Positions 38,254 to 48,708 of a stretch of DNA of 64,000 nt are shown in pieces (position 1 is the first letter of the stretch; the number at the start of each line of letters is the position of its first letter). Where the stretch lies: IMG/VR virus record IMGVR_UViG_3300007511_000003, positions 32,001 through 96,000 of that record; one strand, given 5' to 3'. The notes beneath the pieces were generated by a model. That model was not told where the DNA came from, did no database searches, and saw only the letters and a program-made list of their open reading frames with translations. The position numbers were made by a program, and so were the translations under genes. Source of the DNA: a virus.

Positions 38254-40497
38254 CTATCTTCTTCTTTGAGCAATGGCCCCTTGGTTGTTCCTACTTGGAT
38301 CCTGTGCTAAGGTTCCAGAATTCGTTGACAGTGCACCTATACCTTCTGCCACCCCGATAGGTTGCCGAAGTGGAGTTCCGAGTACACCTACCCCGCGTCT
38401 ACGGCTTCGGTCCTTGTTCAACAGGTGGCGTTTTACCAAGTCTTCATCAAATAGTTGTGACAGGCACAGGGCAGCCGCTCGGAACAAGTCGTCCGTCAGG
38501 TTCATGCCTTTGGTGACGGTTTTTCCAGTATCGTTGACGGTTAAACACTGGAAATAAAAGTGACTGACAGGCTTGTACCGAAAGCATTTTGGGTACGTTC
38601 CTTGATCAATTTCCAGGATATCTTTGGTTGGCATCTCTGCCCTCGGTAAGACTACCTTTGGTTGCTCATCCTCTAGGTAGTCGCGGACATACACAAAGTC
38701 AGGGTACTTCATGCTATACTGGAACGCCAAGATACCAAGCTCTTCCTCCACATCGTGCAAGAGTTTCAAGCTATTCCATCGGTCGGCCACCACTATACCG
38801 ACATTGAGTTCCTTGATAAGTGGATAAATGAGATCTCGGGCCAGCTTCGAGTAGTTTAGTACCACCAAGTCTTTTGTCGGCGCCACCTCCACAAAAGTGT
38901 CAAGGTGGTATGTAACCTCCCCATCCAGTGACTCCCGCGGGTGTCCGATAACAAGGGCAAAGCTGTTGTTGGAGAATCCTGCGTCGATAGCAAGGAGACT
39001 ACGCCTTACCTTGGACTCGGTACGAACGTTTTCGACCGATGCTGCCCGCATACGGCGTCCTGCTTGGTCTTTTTTGTGCATATATTGGTATTGTACTCTA
39101 TTGGTTCCACTGGCTAGCCTATACAGCAACTGGCCGTTATGTATGAAGGGGTTTTCGTTTAGGGGAGGGTTGGCACCGTAATCCCGTTCTGCTTTCATGG
39201 GATTTTCTTGGTACACTTTCTGGATATCAGGAGAGTCCTGTGGAAGGTCAGGATTCATTTCCCAGGTAGGGAGGTGAACAGTAAACACCTGACTTGAGTT
39301 AGCGTGGTCTCGTACCAACGTCATAATCTTATCACGTGGATGGCTTGGGCTGCTAATGTTAAAAGCATAGGCAGTAGGGACGTTGTGGTACCCTTGTTCC
39401 AACAACCGACGGGCCTTGGCTCGGATAGTCAACAACGACCTGTCCAGAGCCGTATAGATTTCGTCGGCACCCGCACGTTCCTTACTATCACTATCCCCTT
39501 CATTCAGGAACCACCCAAGCTCGTCAATCGCGGTTAAAAATCGGGTATCCCCACGAAGAGTCCTTTTATTGGGTCCAGAAGGATACATAACAAGTGACCG
39601 GTGTGGGTACTCCACGATCTGGTCCTTTAGCTTGTACACCTCCTCGCCATACTTTTGACCGTAATAGTCTAGTACCTCATGGTAAGCCTGGAACCAAGGG
39701 CTGCCTGTAAGGTGATTGTGAAGAGGTGCCCAGAGAAGACGGAGAGCACGATTGAACGTCAGGGCAACAAAGGTGGCGGTCAAGATAGAACCGCGCATGA
39801 GGCCAAAGACCTCAAGAGGTTTCTGGAGCTTGAGGTACTTATGAATCAGGTAGGCAGAGAATAGTGCCACAGCACTCGACTTGCCCGCCCTTTGACCAAC
39901 GCACGCCGCCAACTCCGCATAAGAGTGAAGCCGGTTCCTTCTTACCCATCCACGCTTAGTATGCCCACACTTAGGACACGTACCATGCTTCAACATCGTG
40001 ATCTTGTCAGGAAAGTCGGCAGCGGGGAAATCCACAGGGACGTTGGTGATGTCCATGAACCGAGGACTACTACACCTTTTATTTGGACACCACTCTCCAA
40101 ACAGGTGTAGGCCAATAGCTAACTGACGGGCAAAGGGCGGGGTATCCAAACCATCTTTGGACATACAGAACTCAAAGAAGTTTGGAAACTCTGGTACATC
40201 TCGGTCATCGATGCGGATATCAGGTGGTACCTTGTTATGCGAAGCAAAGGCTTGATCCAGCATTTTGACCAGTTGGAGTTCCTGGCCATGAGCTTCACCG
40301 TCCGACATATTAAGCCCTTCCTGGACCTCTGTGGACCTCCTCCGCCCTTTTCTCTTTTTTCCCGGCATTTGCATATCCAGCAGTTCTGCGATGCTGGAGA
40401 CTGTCTCTCGACCCTCGTACCGATCACATAGGTGTTGGTGGCTTTTGTCGGGGTCCCGACAACTCACGTACAAGACACAGGATAGGCAACTACTCAC
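38254..40497 (-). CDS. terL: Terminase large subunit
   Basis: GQRAGKS Walker A, LRG, AIDELG Walker B, ISSP, LPTWEMNP, IDAG..NNSFA, DRWNS, DDLFR. Confidence 0.85.
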   Translation of the reverse strand: MSSCLSCVLYVSCRDPDKSHQHLCDRYEGRETVSSIAELLDMQMPGKKRKGRRRSTEVQEGLNMSDGEAHGQELQLVKMLDQAFASHNKVPPDIRIDDRDVPEFPNFFEFCMSKDGLDTPPFARQLAIGLHLFGEWCPNKRCSSPRFMDITNVPVDFPAADFPDKITMLKHGTCPKCGHTKRGWVRRNRLHSYAELAACVGQRAGKSSAVALFSAYLIHKYLKLQKPLEVFGLMRGSILTATFVALTFNRALRLLWAPLHNHLTGSPWFQAYHEVLDYYGQKYGEEVYKLKDQIVEYPHRSLVMYPSGPNKRTLRGDTRFLTAIDELGWFLNEGDSDSKERAGADEIYTALDRSLLTIRAKARRLLEQGYHNVPTAYAFNISSPSHPRDKIMTLVRDHANSSQVFTVHLPTWEMNPDLPQDSPDIQKVYQENPMKAERDYGANPPLNENPFIHNGQLLYRLASGTNRVQYQYMHKKDQAGRRMRAASVENVRTESKVRRSLLAIDAGFSNNSFALVIGHPRESLDGEVTYHLDTFVEVAPTKDLVVLNYSKLARDLIYPLIKELNVGIVVADRWNSLKLLHDVEEELGILAFQYSMKYPDFVYVRDYLEDEQPKVVLPRAEMPTKDILEIDQGTYPKCFRYKPVSHFYFQCLTVNDTGKTVTKGMNLTDDLFRAAALCLSQLFDEDLVKRHLLNKDRSRRRGVGVLGTPLRQPIGVAEGIGALSTNSGTLAQDPSRNNQGAIAQRRR

Positions 40498-41089
40498 TTT
40501 TTTGTTCCTGCATCATCTTAGTTAACCGAGTCAATGTATCTGGTTTGGCTTTCCCTGACGGAGGCGCGTGCTGACGTCCTAACCAAGATTCCAGAAATTT
40601 ATCGCGCACTCGGTTGTCAAGCGCCAATAAATCCGCCAGCTTATGGATGACCTTCAGGACCACCAACTGAGAGGTAACTTCCCGTATCTTCCCTACGGAT
40701 GCCTGTACACCACTGTCATCCGTCATCATGTTAAGGGTTTGCTGGGCGGCGGATATCGCAGGTTCAAGGGCCATGGAGATTGTACTAATGTCATGGATCA
40801 GGAACTCACGGAGCTCAGAGATGGTTGAGTCCAGGCCATCCACCCACTCCTTCCGGTCTTTTTCCGGTACTTTAATGGTATCAACAACCCGATCCTGGAT
40901 GTTATGTAGGGGCGAACCTGTTCCTGCCCGAAGCTTTATAGGTCGCCTTTTGTCGGTGATAAAAGGGTTGTAGGCTCTTCGTTTTATAAAACAGGAGCCT
41001 CCCTCGGCAGAGTCTGGAACCGACCCCATGTATTGTTGCTCAAGACGGTCGAGGATTCCCTCTTGGTCAGTCTTCTCCCTCGTCGCCAT
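40490..41089 (-). CDS. Hypothetical protein (possible terminase small subunit by position)
   Basis: Helical 199 aa ORF overlapping the terL start. Confidence 0.5.
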   Translation of the reverse strand: MATREKTDQEGILDRLEQQYMGSVPDSAEGGSCFIKRRAYNPFITDKRRPIKLRAGTGSPLHNIQDRVVDTIKVPEKDRKEWVDGLDSTISELREFLIHDISTISMALEPAISAAQQTLNMMTDDSGVQASVGKIREVTSQLVVLKVIHKLADLLALDNRVRDKFLESWLGRQHAPPSGKAKPDTLTRLTKMMQEQKSE

Positions 41090-42416
41090 CTGATATATCC
41101 TCTAGGTAGGTATCTAGGTTTTGCCGTTTCTTCTCGCCCTCATCAGTAGCCAACTCCTGGGCTTCTCCGGCTTTTAAATCCCGGACCCGCATACGCTTAA
41201 AGTCTTGCGCCAACTGGAACGAGAAAGGATCCTGATTACGGGCTTTGGCTTGTCGGATATCAAGGATACCCGTCTCACGGTTCTCATCGGTCATCACCCA
41301 GAACCAAGCATTGTTGCTGTGTTCCACGATGGACCGAGCGTACCGGATCTCACCTTCCTTGTTAAGCTGTGCCAACAGGACGATGATGATCTTGTGGGTC
41401 TCTGCAAATATCTTACAAAATCGGGCTACCTTACCCAGCTGTTGCCAGCTATCATCCCCGTCCACCCCTTTGAGGAGGGAGATATAATCAATAATGATTA
41501 CCTGGTACCCGTAAGGTTTCAGGATAAACAGTATTTCTTCGACGGTCAGGTCTTCCTGTGGTTTGAAAATCGAGTACCTGGTTTCGCTGGCTCGGAGGGC
41601 ATCAACATACTTTCGGTACGCCCTGGTGGTTTTTCTGTTCTCCCTCTTTGTAACCTTGCGTAACATGTACTTGGTTACCTCGACCCCGGATAAGGAACTC
41701 ATCAGACGGGCGGTAGACTCCTCCTCTGACATTTCAAGGGGAACCAAAGCACAGTCATGACCAGCCAACGTCATGTTGATCAACAATTGGCCTGCCAACG
41801 TGGTTTTACCACCACCTGTTGTTGAGGCGATCGTCATCAAGGAACCCTGAAAAATACCACCATTCCTTTTATCAAAGGTGCGGAATCCTGTAGGTACCAA
41901 CGGGGCCCTATCATTAGACAACAAGGCTTTCACTACACGGGAGCTGTTGTTTTCCCGACCAAAATGGAGTAAGTGGTGTTCGGACCCTGTAGAGCGGGCC
42001 CTCATAAGTGCCCGACTGTTCTTCTCCAAGATAATGTCAAGGTCCAACTTTTTCTCTGTCAGAGCCTCGATGGTTTTTTCTGCGTTGTGGAACAACAGGC
42101 GTAGCTTACGGTACTTCTCCAAAGCACTTACCATGCTGTCCAGCTTTTCTTTGCTTTGGGCCTCTCGTTGTTTACTGGCCAAGAGGATTTGCCTGTTATC
42201 TTCAGGTATGACAGGATCCGCGCATATCTCACTGTAATCAGGTATGGTACCTTTTGTGCGTACAAGGGAGGACAGGCGCCTATAGGCAGCACGGGTGGGC
42301 TCATAGAAAAAGTGTTCGTCAGACACTCTTCCCAGTAGGATGGAGGCCAAACTGTCGGGAGACTGGCAAATGGACAGGATGGTCTTGAGCTCTAGTTCGA
42401 CGGATAGTAGCTTCAT
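41067..42416 (-). CDS. dnaB: DnaB-like replicative helicase
   Basis: VPTGF..FD, STTGGGKT, LEMS, IIDYI, LAQLN, KARN. Confidence 0.88.
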   Translation of the reverse strand: MKLLSVELELKTILSICQSPDSLASILLGRVSDEHFFYEPTRAAYRRLSSLVRTKGTIPDYSEICADPVIPEDNRQILLASKQREAQSKEKLDSMVSALEKYRKLRLLFHNAEKTIEALTEKKLDLDIILEKNSRALMRARSTGSEHHLLHFGRENNSSRVVKALLSNDRAPLVPTGFRTFDKRNGGIFQGSLMTIASTTGGGKTTLAGQLLINMTLAGHDCALVPLEMSEEESTARLMSSLSGVEVTKYMLRKVTKRENRKTTRAYRKYVDALRASETRYSIFKPQEDLTVEEILFILKPYGYQVIIIDYISLLKGVDGDDSWQQLGKVARFCKIFAETHKIIIVLLAQLNKEGEIRYARSIVEHSNNAWFWVMTDENRETGILDIRQAKARNQDPFSFQLAQDFKRMRVRDLKAGEAQELATDEGEKKRQNLDTYLEDISDGDEGED

Positions 42417-43078
42417 AGGACTTCCCTATTAACCGTCAAATAGGCGGAAAAATGGAGTGGGTAAAATAATTGGCGCCTAAAGAAGGAAATGGGGTCGGTA
42501 CCTGTAGTTACAACGATCCTTGGAATCTCACCGTATAACTCCAGTATGTCACGTAACTTTTCCAGCTTGGTCTGAGTCGAGTTGACGGTCACGTTACTCA
42601 ACACCAATAGGGAAGGCTTGGCTTTGGTGTCCCGTAACTTATCACCGAACCCCCCAAGTAACGTGTGCCACAATGGAAGGTCCCTGCCTGACAAGGTTTC
42701 ATTAAGTGGGTGTGGTTCTTCATCGCCATTGGACTCCCTTACTTGGTTGTGTATGCTCAATGCTTGTATCATCAGACGGAGAGCCACCAATTTTGCCTGA
42801 CTATCGTTGGTGGCTCCACTAATACAATAAATGTATGGTTTTTTGAAAGGTTCTACAAAAATGCGCTTGTAGTACAGGAGTTGCTTATCCTTGTTGACCC
42901 TAACTGGTTTACGCCCTTCTACTCCAGAGGTGATGGGAGTGATATACCCAGGTAACTGGAAGGGCTTCGTTCGTAGCGTCTGCCAGCTAGCACCACGAGA
43001 CACCGCCTGGTTAACAAGCGTAGTCCTCCTGTGGTCCACCCCGACATACAGCTTGTTCCTGAGAGTTCTCTGTGTCAT
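42413..43078 (-). CDS. Hypothetical protein (possible degenerate helicase loader)
   Basis: Coupled to dnaB; alpha/beta pattern (LLVLSNV, RIVVT). Confidence 0.55.
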   Translation of the reverse strand: MTQRTLRNKLYVGVDHRRTTLVNQAVSRGASWQTLRTKPFQLPGYITPITSGVEGRKPVRVNKDKQLLYYKRIFVEPFKKPYIYCISGATNDSQAKLVALRLMIQALSIHNQVRESNGDEEPHPLNETLSGRDLPLWHTLLGGFGDKLRDTKAKPSLLVLSNVTVNSTQTKLEKLRDILELYGEIPRIVVTTGTDPISFFRRQLFYPLHFSAYLTVNREVL

Positions 43079-43384
43079 ATCACCACTATCAGTAAGGTTA
43101 CACCAAAGACCAGTAAGGTGGTCCAGCGGTATTGGAAGTCAGTGAGCTCTGGATCCTTGTTTAGATTCACGGTATACCCCTATTTACAGTATGTTCTTCA
43201 AGTCCTACCAGTAAACAGAGACCTAGATAGGGCAGAAACAACCACACACCACAGCATTTAAGCGGGAAGCCTAGGCCCCATTGTCGGCTGACGCCTCGGT
43301 GGATGAAATCCCCGTCATAGGAAAAGCGGAGACCTATCTGGAACACTGGAGTTGTAAGCCGTACCAACCATATACCACTTTCCA

Positions 43385-44917
43385 TCAAAATCTCCTGCCT
43401 ATCGCGGACCTGCGTGGTTTGAGATCATCATCCAATGGCTCTTCGGCTCCAAACTTAGGTCTGAGCTGAGCCAAATGATGGCGCATGATACCTCGGTCCC
43501 TGTCAGTCCACCGAAACTTGAGCTTCTTGAAGGTCGCACAACAGGTACGAAAACAGTGTCGTGTCAACGACATGTTGTCAATGAAGAACTTAACCTTCGG
43601 TGTCTTCTTGCCCTCCATTGGTGTGCAGATCCGTTGTACTTCCTGTTCATAATTCGGCGGGTTGGAGATCGGCATGATACCATAGATGGTGTCCCATCGA
43701 GGTACGTTTATCCCGGTCAACATAGTACGGCGTGCAACCACCACCCGGATCTCCCCTGTCCTGGCTTTCTCAATGATCTCCCTACGCTTTTTCTTGGATT
43801 GCTTACCAGTGAATGCCCACGCTGTCTGTTCTCCAGTAGCTTTGTTAATACGGTCCACCAGGCTGTTTATATGACTGATATGCCAACTTGGGATCAGGAT
43901 ATGCCGACCCTTCTGGAGGTCTCTCACCACGTGCTTAACAATCAAGCGGTCACGACCTCGCACCTTTTCAAGAAAACGGAGGGCATAGTGCCAAAGCTTG
44001 TACTCTTTACCTTCGATGCCTGTCTCAACCATACGGACCCAAGGAATCAAGGTTTTGGTGTTAACGTCATAAGACACAGGACCCAACACGGCTGCCATAA
44101 TGAAGTGCTTGAGATCCTTCCGTTCAGGTGTTGCCGTCAGCCCTACCTTGTACCGGCTGTTGAGGCTGGCAATCACTCGGGAATACTCTAAGGCATTCCC
44201 ACGATGTACCTCATCAATGATCACCAGCCCGAACATATCCCGGATCGCTTTTAATCGCTTAGGGTGCCTCAGGAAGCCCTGGTAGGTGGTGATGCATACG
44301 TCATGACGCTTGAAGTCCTCGAAGGTCTTACAGAGTCCTACAAGGGGGCGGCCCTCGAATTTTTCCACCGCCTGGATATCCGTGAACTCTGGATCATGAA
44401 AGGTCTCAAGAAATTGGAGGGCTAAGTCGTGCTGGTGGACCAAAATCAGGGTCTTAAACCCCAGACGGGCTGTTAGATCTGCCGCCATGACCGTCTTACC
44501 AGTTCTGGGCGGGGCTTTCAGGATACCGCGTTTTTTCTTTTCGAGAGCATTAACGGCAGGCACTTGGTCAGGCCTCAATGTACCGCAAAACTCGAACGAT
44601 GTTTGAGCCTTTGCCGTGGACCGGAGGTCCTTCATAGGACGTTGACGGAACTTGGGCACTACATGGGCAATCTTTTGTCGGTCCCCAGGAGGGAGACCAT
44701 AATACCAAACGCCTTTTACTTGTTTACGTCGGTAAAGGGTAAACAAGCCCTTATAAGCGGGGCATGTATCACAGACCTCGTTAGGACGATCATCCTTGTG
44801 CTCACACTTGACACACCCCTTTTCCTCGAACATGTGAGTGGTATAGGCTTTCTTCAGACGGTCGCGGTCCACCCATTGCTTAGGCACCCACACACGCTCA
44901 CGGAGGACGATGTTCAT
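43385..44917 (-). CDS. SF2 DExH helicase (UvsW/XPB-like)
   Basis: LRPDQ, APPRTGKT, IIDEVH, GLTATPER, GINVP, QRI. Confidence 0.9.
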   Translation of the reverse strand: MNIVLRERVWVPKQWVDRDRLKKAYTTHMFEEKGCVKCEHKDDRPNEVCDTCPAYKGLFTLYRRKQVKGVWYYGLPPGDRQKIAHVVPKFRQRPMKDLRSTAKAQTSFEFCGTLRPDQVPAVNALEKKKRGILKAPPRTGKTVMAADLTARLGFKTLILVHQHDLALQFLETFHDPEFTDIQAVEKFEGRPLVGLCKTFEDFKRHDVCITTYQGFLRHPKRLKAIRDMFGLVIIDEVHRGNALEYSRVIASLNSRYKVGLTATPERKDLKHFIMAAVLGPVSYDVNTKTLIPWVRMVETGIEGKEYKLWHYALRFLEKVRGRDRLIVKHVVRDLQKGRHILIPSWHISHINSLVDRINKATGEQTAWAFTGKQSKKKRREIIEKARTGEIRVVVARRTMLTGINVPRWDTIYGIMPISNPPNYEQEVQRICTPMEGKKTPKVKFFIDNMSLTRHCFRTCCATFKKLKFRWTDRDRGIMRHHLAQLRPKFGAEEPLDDDLKPRRSAIGRRF

Positions 44918-45060
44918 ACCAGTCGGATACCTTTTTCGTCAGGAACCATTTCCCACACCAACGTGTCCCTGCAATTTGGACAGGTCCGCGGTGGTTGGTC
45001 ATCAGATAGGTCAAACCGAATAGGCCACCCACAATAGGGACATTCCTCTTCTATTATCAT
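44914..45060 (-). CDS. Small Zn-ribbon protein
   Basis: CPYCG...CPNC. Confidence 0.5.
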   Translation of the reverse strand: MIIEEECPYCGWPIRFDLSDDQPPRTCPNCRDTLVWEMVPDEKGIRLV

Positions 45061-45287
45061 AACACCCTCATACCTTTGAAGCCACAAGCCGTGCAATGGA
45101 CGGGGGTGGTATACACAGGTTCCCGTCCCTGCTCAAGATCATCCACAAACCGCTTTTCCAATATACCGTTGGTGTCACAAAGTTGCCCCTGGCAATTCGG
45201 GCAGGTCAACGGGATTGCCCGAGGGTATCGGCGACCGCTCCATTGGCGGTAGGTGTTCTCGCGGTTGTTTTGTTCAAGTGATTGCAT
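45057..45287 (-). CDS. Small Zn-ribbon protein
   Basis: CPNCQG...CTACGFKG; GGAGG RBS. Confidence 0.55.
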   Translation of the reverse strand: MQSLEQNNRENTYRQWSGRRYPRAIPLTCPNCQGQLCDTNGILEKRFVDDLEQGREPVYTTPVHCTACGFKGMRVL

Positions 45288-45288
45288 G

Positions 45289-45768
45289 TCATGCCTCCCA
45301 CAAACTAAAGTTGGCAAAGTACTCGGGTACAAAATAGTTACCGACTCCTGTAGATGAGGATAAAAACCCCAAAGGAAGGACTTTGGTATAATAGTGTTCA
45401 TTCGCAATAATTGCGGCAATGAGGATGCCGACCGGAAAATCTACACCCGTTTCTCTTTGGGATACCTGGTGTAACTGGGTCAAAGGTACGTCCATGTTAA
45501 GGGTCTTACGTGGACGACAGGTTCTTACCCAGGCGGAAGCCCGTAAAAAACACTGGAACCACTTATCGTCCAACGTCATGGCTGTACGGTCTTTATCCTG
45601 ACGTTTTTGGGCCTTCTTTAACTTTTTCTCCTTATGGGTATTAGGACGTACCCAGAAACCCTCAAATGTCAGAAGGGGCTCGCTTTCCATGGCAAACATA
45701 AGGAGATTTTCCATCTTGGATTGCTGACCGGATAGTTTTTCATACTCTGCTTGGATCTTAGGTGTCAT
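45289..45768 (-). CDS. Hypothetical protein
   Basis: 159 aa in the operon. Confidence 0.6.
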   Translation of the reverse strand: MTPKIQAEYEKLSGQQSKMENLLMFAMESEPLLTFEGFWVRPNTHKEKKLKKAQKRQDKDRTAMTLDDKWFQCFLRASAWVRTCRPRKTLNMDVPLTQLHQVSQRETGVDFPVGILIAAIIANEHYYTKVLPLGFLSSSTGVGNYFVPEYFANFSLWEA

Positions 45769-45770
45769 GG

Positions 45771-46295
45771 CTATTCCTCTGTAATAGGTGTGCAGGTCAC
45801 CAACTCCAACTCTACGGCAATAACCTTGGTAACCAATAATTGGACCCAGCCAAACTCGTCTATGGCCTGAGCTCTTTTTACATGTTCGGGAATGTTAAGC
45901 ACCACCGACTTCTTGTGTGCGGGTTGCCCGAACAATACCTGTTGGCCCACCAATGTCCCGACAACATTCCAACCTTTGTCGTCAGGATACAGGAAGCCCT
46001 TACCGCGCCATCCCAGTTCGTTCAAACCTGCGTCTGACAAGTAGATGCGTGTGTAGTTACCAACAGGTTCGTCGTGAAGGGTAAACTGCCTGTTGATAGC
46101 GGTTGGTGTTTGGGCCCCGGCAGGAATGAACAAGAACTGGTGGTCGCTTACGATACCCTTCACCCACACCAGCGGTTCAGGCATCACGCAAAGGGGTTCT
46201 GTTTGGACCTCTGCTTTGACAGTGTTTTGCCCTTTAATAGGTCGCCAGGCTTCTTCAGAAAATTGGGTGGCGAGGGCCATCACGTTGGGTTTCAT
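45771..46295 (-). CDS. Hypothetical protein
   Basis: 174 aa, coupled. Confidence 0.6.
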   Translation of the reverse strand: MKPNVMALATQFSEEAWRPIKGQNTVKAEVQTEPLCVMPEPLVWVKGIVSDHQFLFIPAGAQTPTAINRQFTLHDEPVGNYTRIYLSDAGLNELGWRGKGFLYPDDKGWNVVGTLVGQQVLFGQPAHKKSVVLNIPEHVKRAQAIDEFGWVQLLVTKVIAVELELVTCTPITEE

Positions 46296-46912
46296 GGGCT
46301 CTCACACCTATCATATGGACAGTTAAGACAATGCTCGCAGTTCTGCTCTACCACGAGGGCTATGTGGTGGCACTTTGGACACTCGACACAATTGGTAGGA
46401 AAGTCCCCTACCTCATCCAACGCCAGTTTACCTGCCCGTTTAGCGTAGCCTATCTTGTGGAGGTGTTCCTCCACAATGTACCCGAGTTCTGCCACCACAG
46501 AAGGCATCCGCCGCGACCCCTGCATGTAACCACCACGAGGATCAAAAATGGCCGCCAGCTCTTCGACCACAAAGCTGACGTTACCTCCATTGCGGAACAC
46601 TGCACTCACCATACGGGTAAGGGCAACGATCCACACAAAGTACTCCATATTCTTGGAGTTGATGAAAATCTCGAATGGTCGGCGGTGTTCGTGTTGGGTG
46701 CCTTCATCCAACAGAATATCATTGATCGTGACGTAGAAGGCGTGCTCAGACCAAGGCGGTTTAAAATAATAGGTTTCCCCGGGTAGAACACGAGGTCGTT
46801 TAATCTTTTCGTGCATCTGGGTAGGCTCTAGCCCAAGGTCTTCCTCTTTCTTGGCCTCTGACTTACCATGGGTTCCTGTAATAAGGGCCTTGATTACAAC
46901 CGGTTCACTCAT
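46292..46912 (-). CDS. nrdJb: NrdJb (TSCPD domain) subunit of split class II RNR
   Basis: RP.VLPGETY, SEHAFYVTIND, RPFEIFINSKNME, ALTR..SAVFR.GG, FDPRGG, CPKC...C..CLNC. Confidence 0.9.
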   Translation of the reverse strand: MSEPVVIKALITGTHGKSEAKKEEDLGLEPTQMHEKIKRPRVLPGETYYFKPPWSEHAFYVTINDILLDEGTQHEHRRPFEIFINSKNMEYFVWIVALTRMVSAVFRNGGNVSFVVEELAAIFDPRGGYMQGSRRMPSVVAELGYIVEEHLHKIGYAKRAGKLALDEVGDFPTNCVECPKCHHIALVVEQNCEHCLNCPYDRCESP

Positions 46913-46919
46913 CTTATCC

Positions 46920-47429
46920 TCACACAATATGTTCGCGTTTCGTTCGCATCTCCAGACCTTTGACAGCGGTGGAGAGTGCCCAAGCACACTTGTCTATATC
47001 AGTTAAAACGTGGTCACAGGCTTCGATGGTGGTCTTCAGCCTGTTTAAAGCACTGTACCCCGTCTCCAACAGGGTCTTCACGTAGGTCACCTTGTCTGTC
47101 TTGGTGGTATACGGAAGCTGGCGGCCATATTGGACAAGGATATAATTGTGGAGCCCGTCAGTGGCGGCCAGTAGATGGTTATAAGTGCGACTGGTCTTCA
47201 CCAAGAGGGAGACGATACGGCTCCGATAGGACTGATCCTTTGTCGAGGCGTCAATAATGGACGCCGCGTCACGAGCTTCGATAAGGTGGCCCGTGGTCGA
47301 TGCCCGTAGTTTATGAAGCTCCATCACCTCGTCTATGCCACGCTCAGCAAGCACCTTCTCTGCTTGCTGCCGAATACGGCGCCACTTGAGATATGTTTGG
47401 TCCTTACGGAGCAAAGGTTTGATTGACAT
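46920..47429 (-). CDS. Hypothetical helical protein
   Basis: 169 aa, largely alpha-helical. Confidence 0.6.
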   Translation of the reverse strand: MSIKPLLRKDQTYLKWRRIRQQAEKVLAERGIDEVMELHKLRASTTGHLIEARDAASIIDASTKDQSYRSRIVSLLVKTSRTYNHLLAATDGLHNYILVQYGRQLPYTTKTDKVTYVKTLLETGYSALNRLKTTIEACDHVLTDIDKCAWALSTAVKGLEMRTKREHIV

Positions 47430-47686
47430 TAGGTAAGTCTCAACAAAGGATGTTGGCTAGCTTTCATACGATGGATAACACCAAACTCCACGATATAGAG
47501 GAATCGTTCACCAGTATCAGGATCCTCCTTATAATCAATCTGGGAGTCTGGTTGGATGGGCACAATATTAACCGACTCACACCCATGGCAATTCACCATC
47601 AACAAAACCTCCGGGTCAGGGTCCTGCTGGTCAGCAAGAGCTTTTTGGGCGGCCTGTAGTGCCCCAATCATCTCAGATAATTTCAT
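47429..47686 (-). CDS. Hypothetical protein
   Basis: 85 aa, coupled. Confidence 0.55.
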   Translation of the reverse strand: MKLSEMIGALQAAQKALADQQDPDPEVLLMVNCHGCESVNIVPIQPDSQIDYKEDPDTGERFLYIVEFGVIHRMKASQHPLLRLT

Positions 47687-47889
47687 TAGTTGGCCTCTGG
47701 TAATGGATATCTTGATATTAAAGCGTGGTCAGGTGCGGAACCAGGGGCTGTACCAACGTCCCAGTTAGGACTGACGGACTCCACAGGTTCTGCAAAACCT
47801 TCGGCGTCATATCCCGCCCCATATACCTCTAGGTCTCCATGGTTGTCCAGAATAATCTGAAGCTGGGCTATTAATCGGGACGCCTTCAT
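47686..47889 (-). CDS. Hypothetical protein
   Basis: MKASRLIAQLQ..HGDLEV, a common phage N-terminal motif. Confidence 0.55.
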   Translation of the reverse strand: MKASRLIAQLQIILDNHGDLEVYGAGYDAEGFAEPVESVSPNWDVGTAPGSAPDHALISRYPLPEAN

Positions 47890-48122
47890 CGAGTGGGCCC
47901 GTCCAAGATGTAGTCACCAGGGCATCCAAGCCGAGTGTTCCAACGCCTGACAGCTAGTTGCTGGCGTGTATCCTGGTTCTCGTGTTGTACGGCAGGACCC
48001 ATAGCCTGACAATCTATATTCCGGCAAGCTACAAAAGCACATAGTGGGCCGTCCCTGAGACCATCATCTATCTCTGGGTCTGGGTCCCTGCAAAACACAC
48101 ATGGTTCAGGTTTTGTCATCAT
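47886..48122 (-). CDS. Lar-family restriction-alleviation-like protein
   Basis: PCVFC...VAC...C.AMGP...AVRRWNTR. Confidence 0.65.
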   Translation of the reverse strand: MMTKPEPCVFCRDPDPEIDDGLRDGPLCAFVACRNIDCQAMGPAVQHENQDTRQQLAVRRWNTRLGCPGDYILDGPTR

Positions 48123-48708
48123 GTTTCCCTCGTTTAATTGCCCGTCGTATATCAGTTACAGCTGTCTGGATTTCCTGCCTGCCGTTTGGACGCATCAGGT
48201 AAGATGGATGGAACGTCGGCATCACAGGAATCGCCCTTGTTGGACCTGTAGATACCCTAGGCTCGTATTTCTTCCATTGGCCTCGCACTTGCCCCATCTT
48301 GGCTCTCTGGCCTGTCAGGCGCTCGTAGGCGGACAATCCGAGGGTAACGATAACCCTAGGTCGGATGATCGACAATTGTTGGTCCAAAAAGTGGGCACAT
48401 GCCTCCGCTTCCTCCGTCTTGGGTACCCTGTTGTTTGGGGGCCTGCATTTCAGGACGTTAGCCACAAACACCGCGTTACGGTGGAGACTAGACTCATCCA
48501 ACATACGGCTTAGCATCTTACCCGCTCTGCCAACAAAAGGTAAACCAGTTTCGTCTTCGTCGGCCCCAGGTGCCTCGCCCAAAAAGAACAGACGGGCTCC
48601 TGGGTACCCAATACCCGGAACAACCAGGGTCCGTGTAAGACCTAGTTCACAGACCTTACACCCGGCAATCTGGCGGTTTAGCTGATGGAGTTGTTGGCTG
48701 CGGCTCAT
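48106..48708 (-). CDS. Uracil-DNA glycosylase family 4
   Basis: C..C.L, GEAPGADED..G.PFVGRAG, NVLKCRPPNNR, TFHPSYL. Confidence 0.95.
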   Translation of the reverse strand: MSRSQQLHQLNRQIAGCKVCELGLTRTLVVPGIGYPGARLFFLGEAPGADEDETGLPFVGRAGKMLSRMLDESSLHRNAVFVANVLKCRPPNNRVPKTEEAEACAHFLDQQLSIIRPRVIVTLGLSAYERLTGQRAKMGQVRGQWKKYEPRVSTGPTRAIPVMPTFHPSYLMRPNGRQEIQTAVTDIRRAIKRGKHDDKT

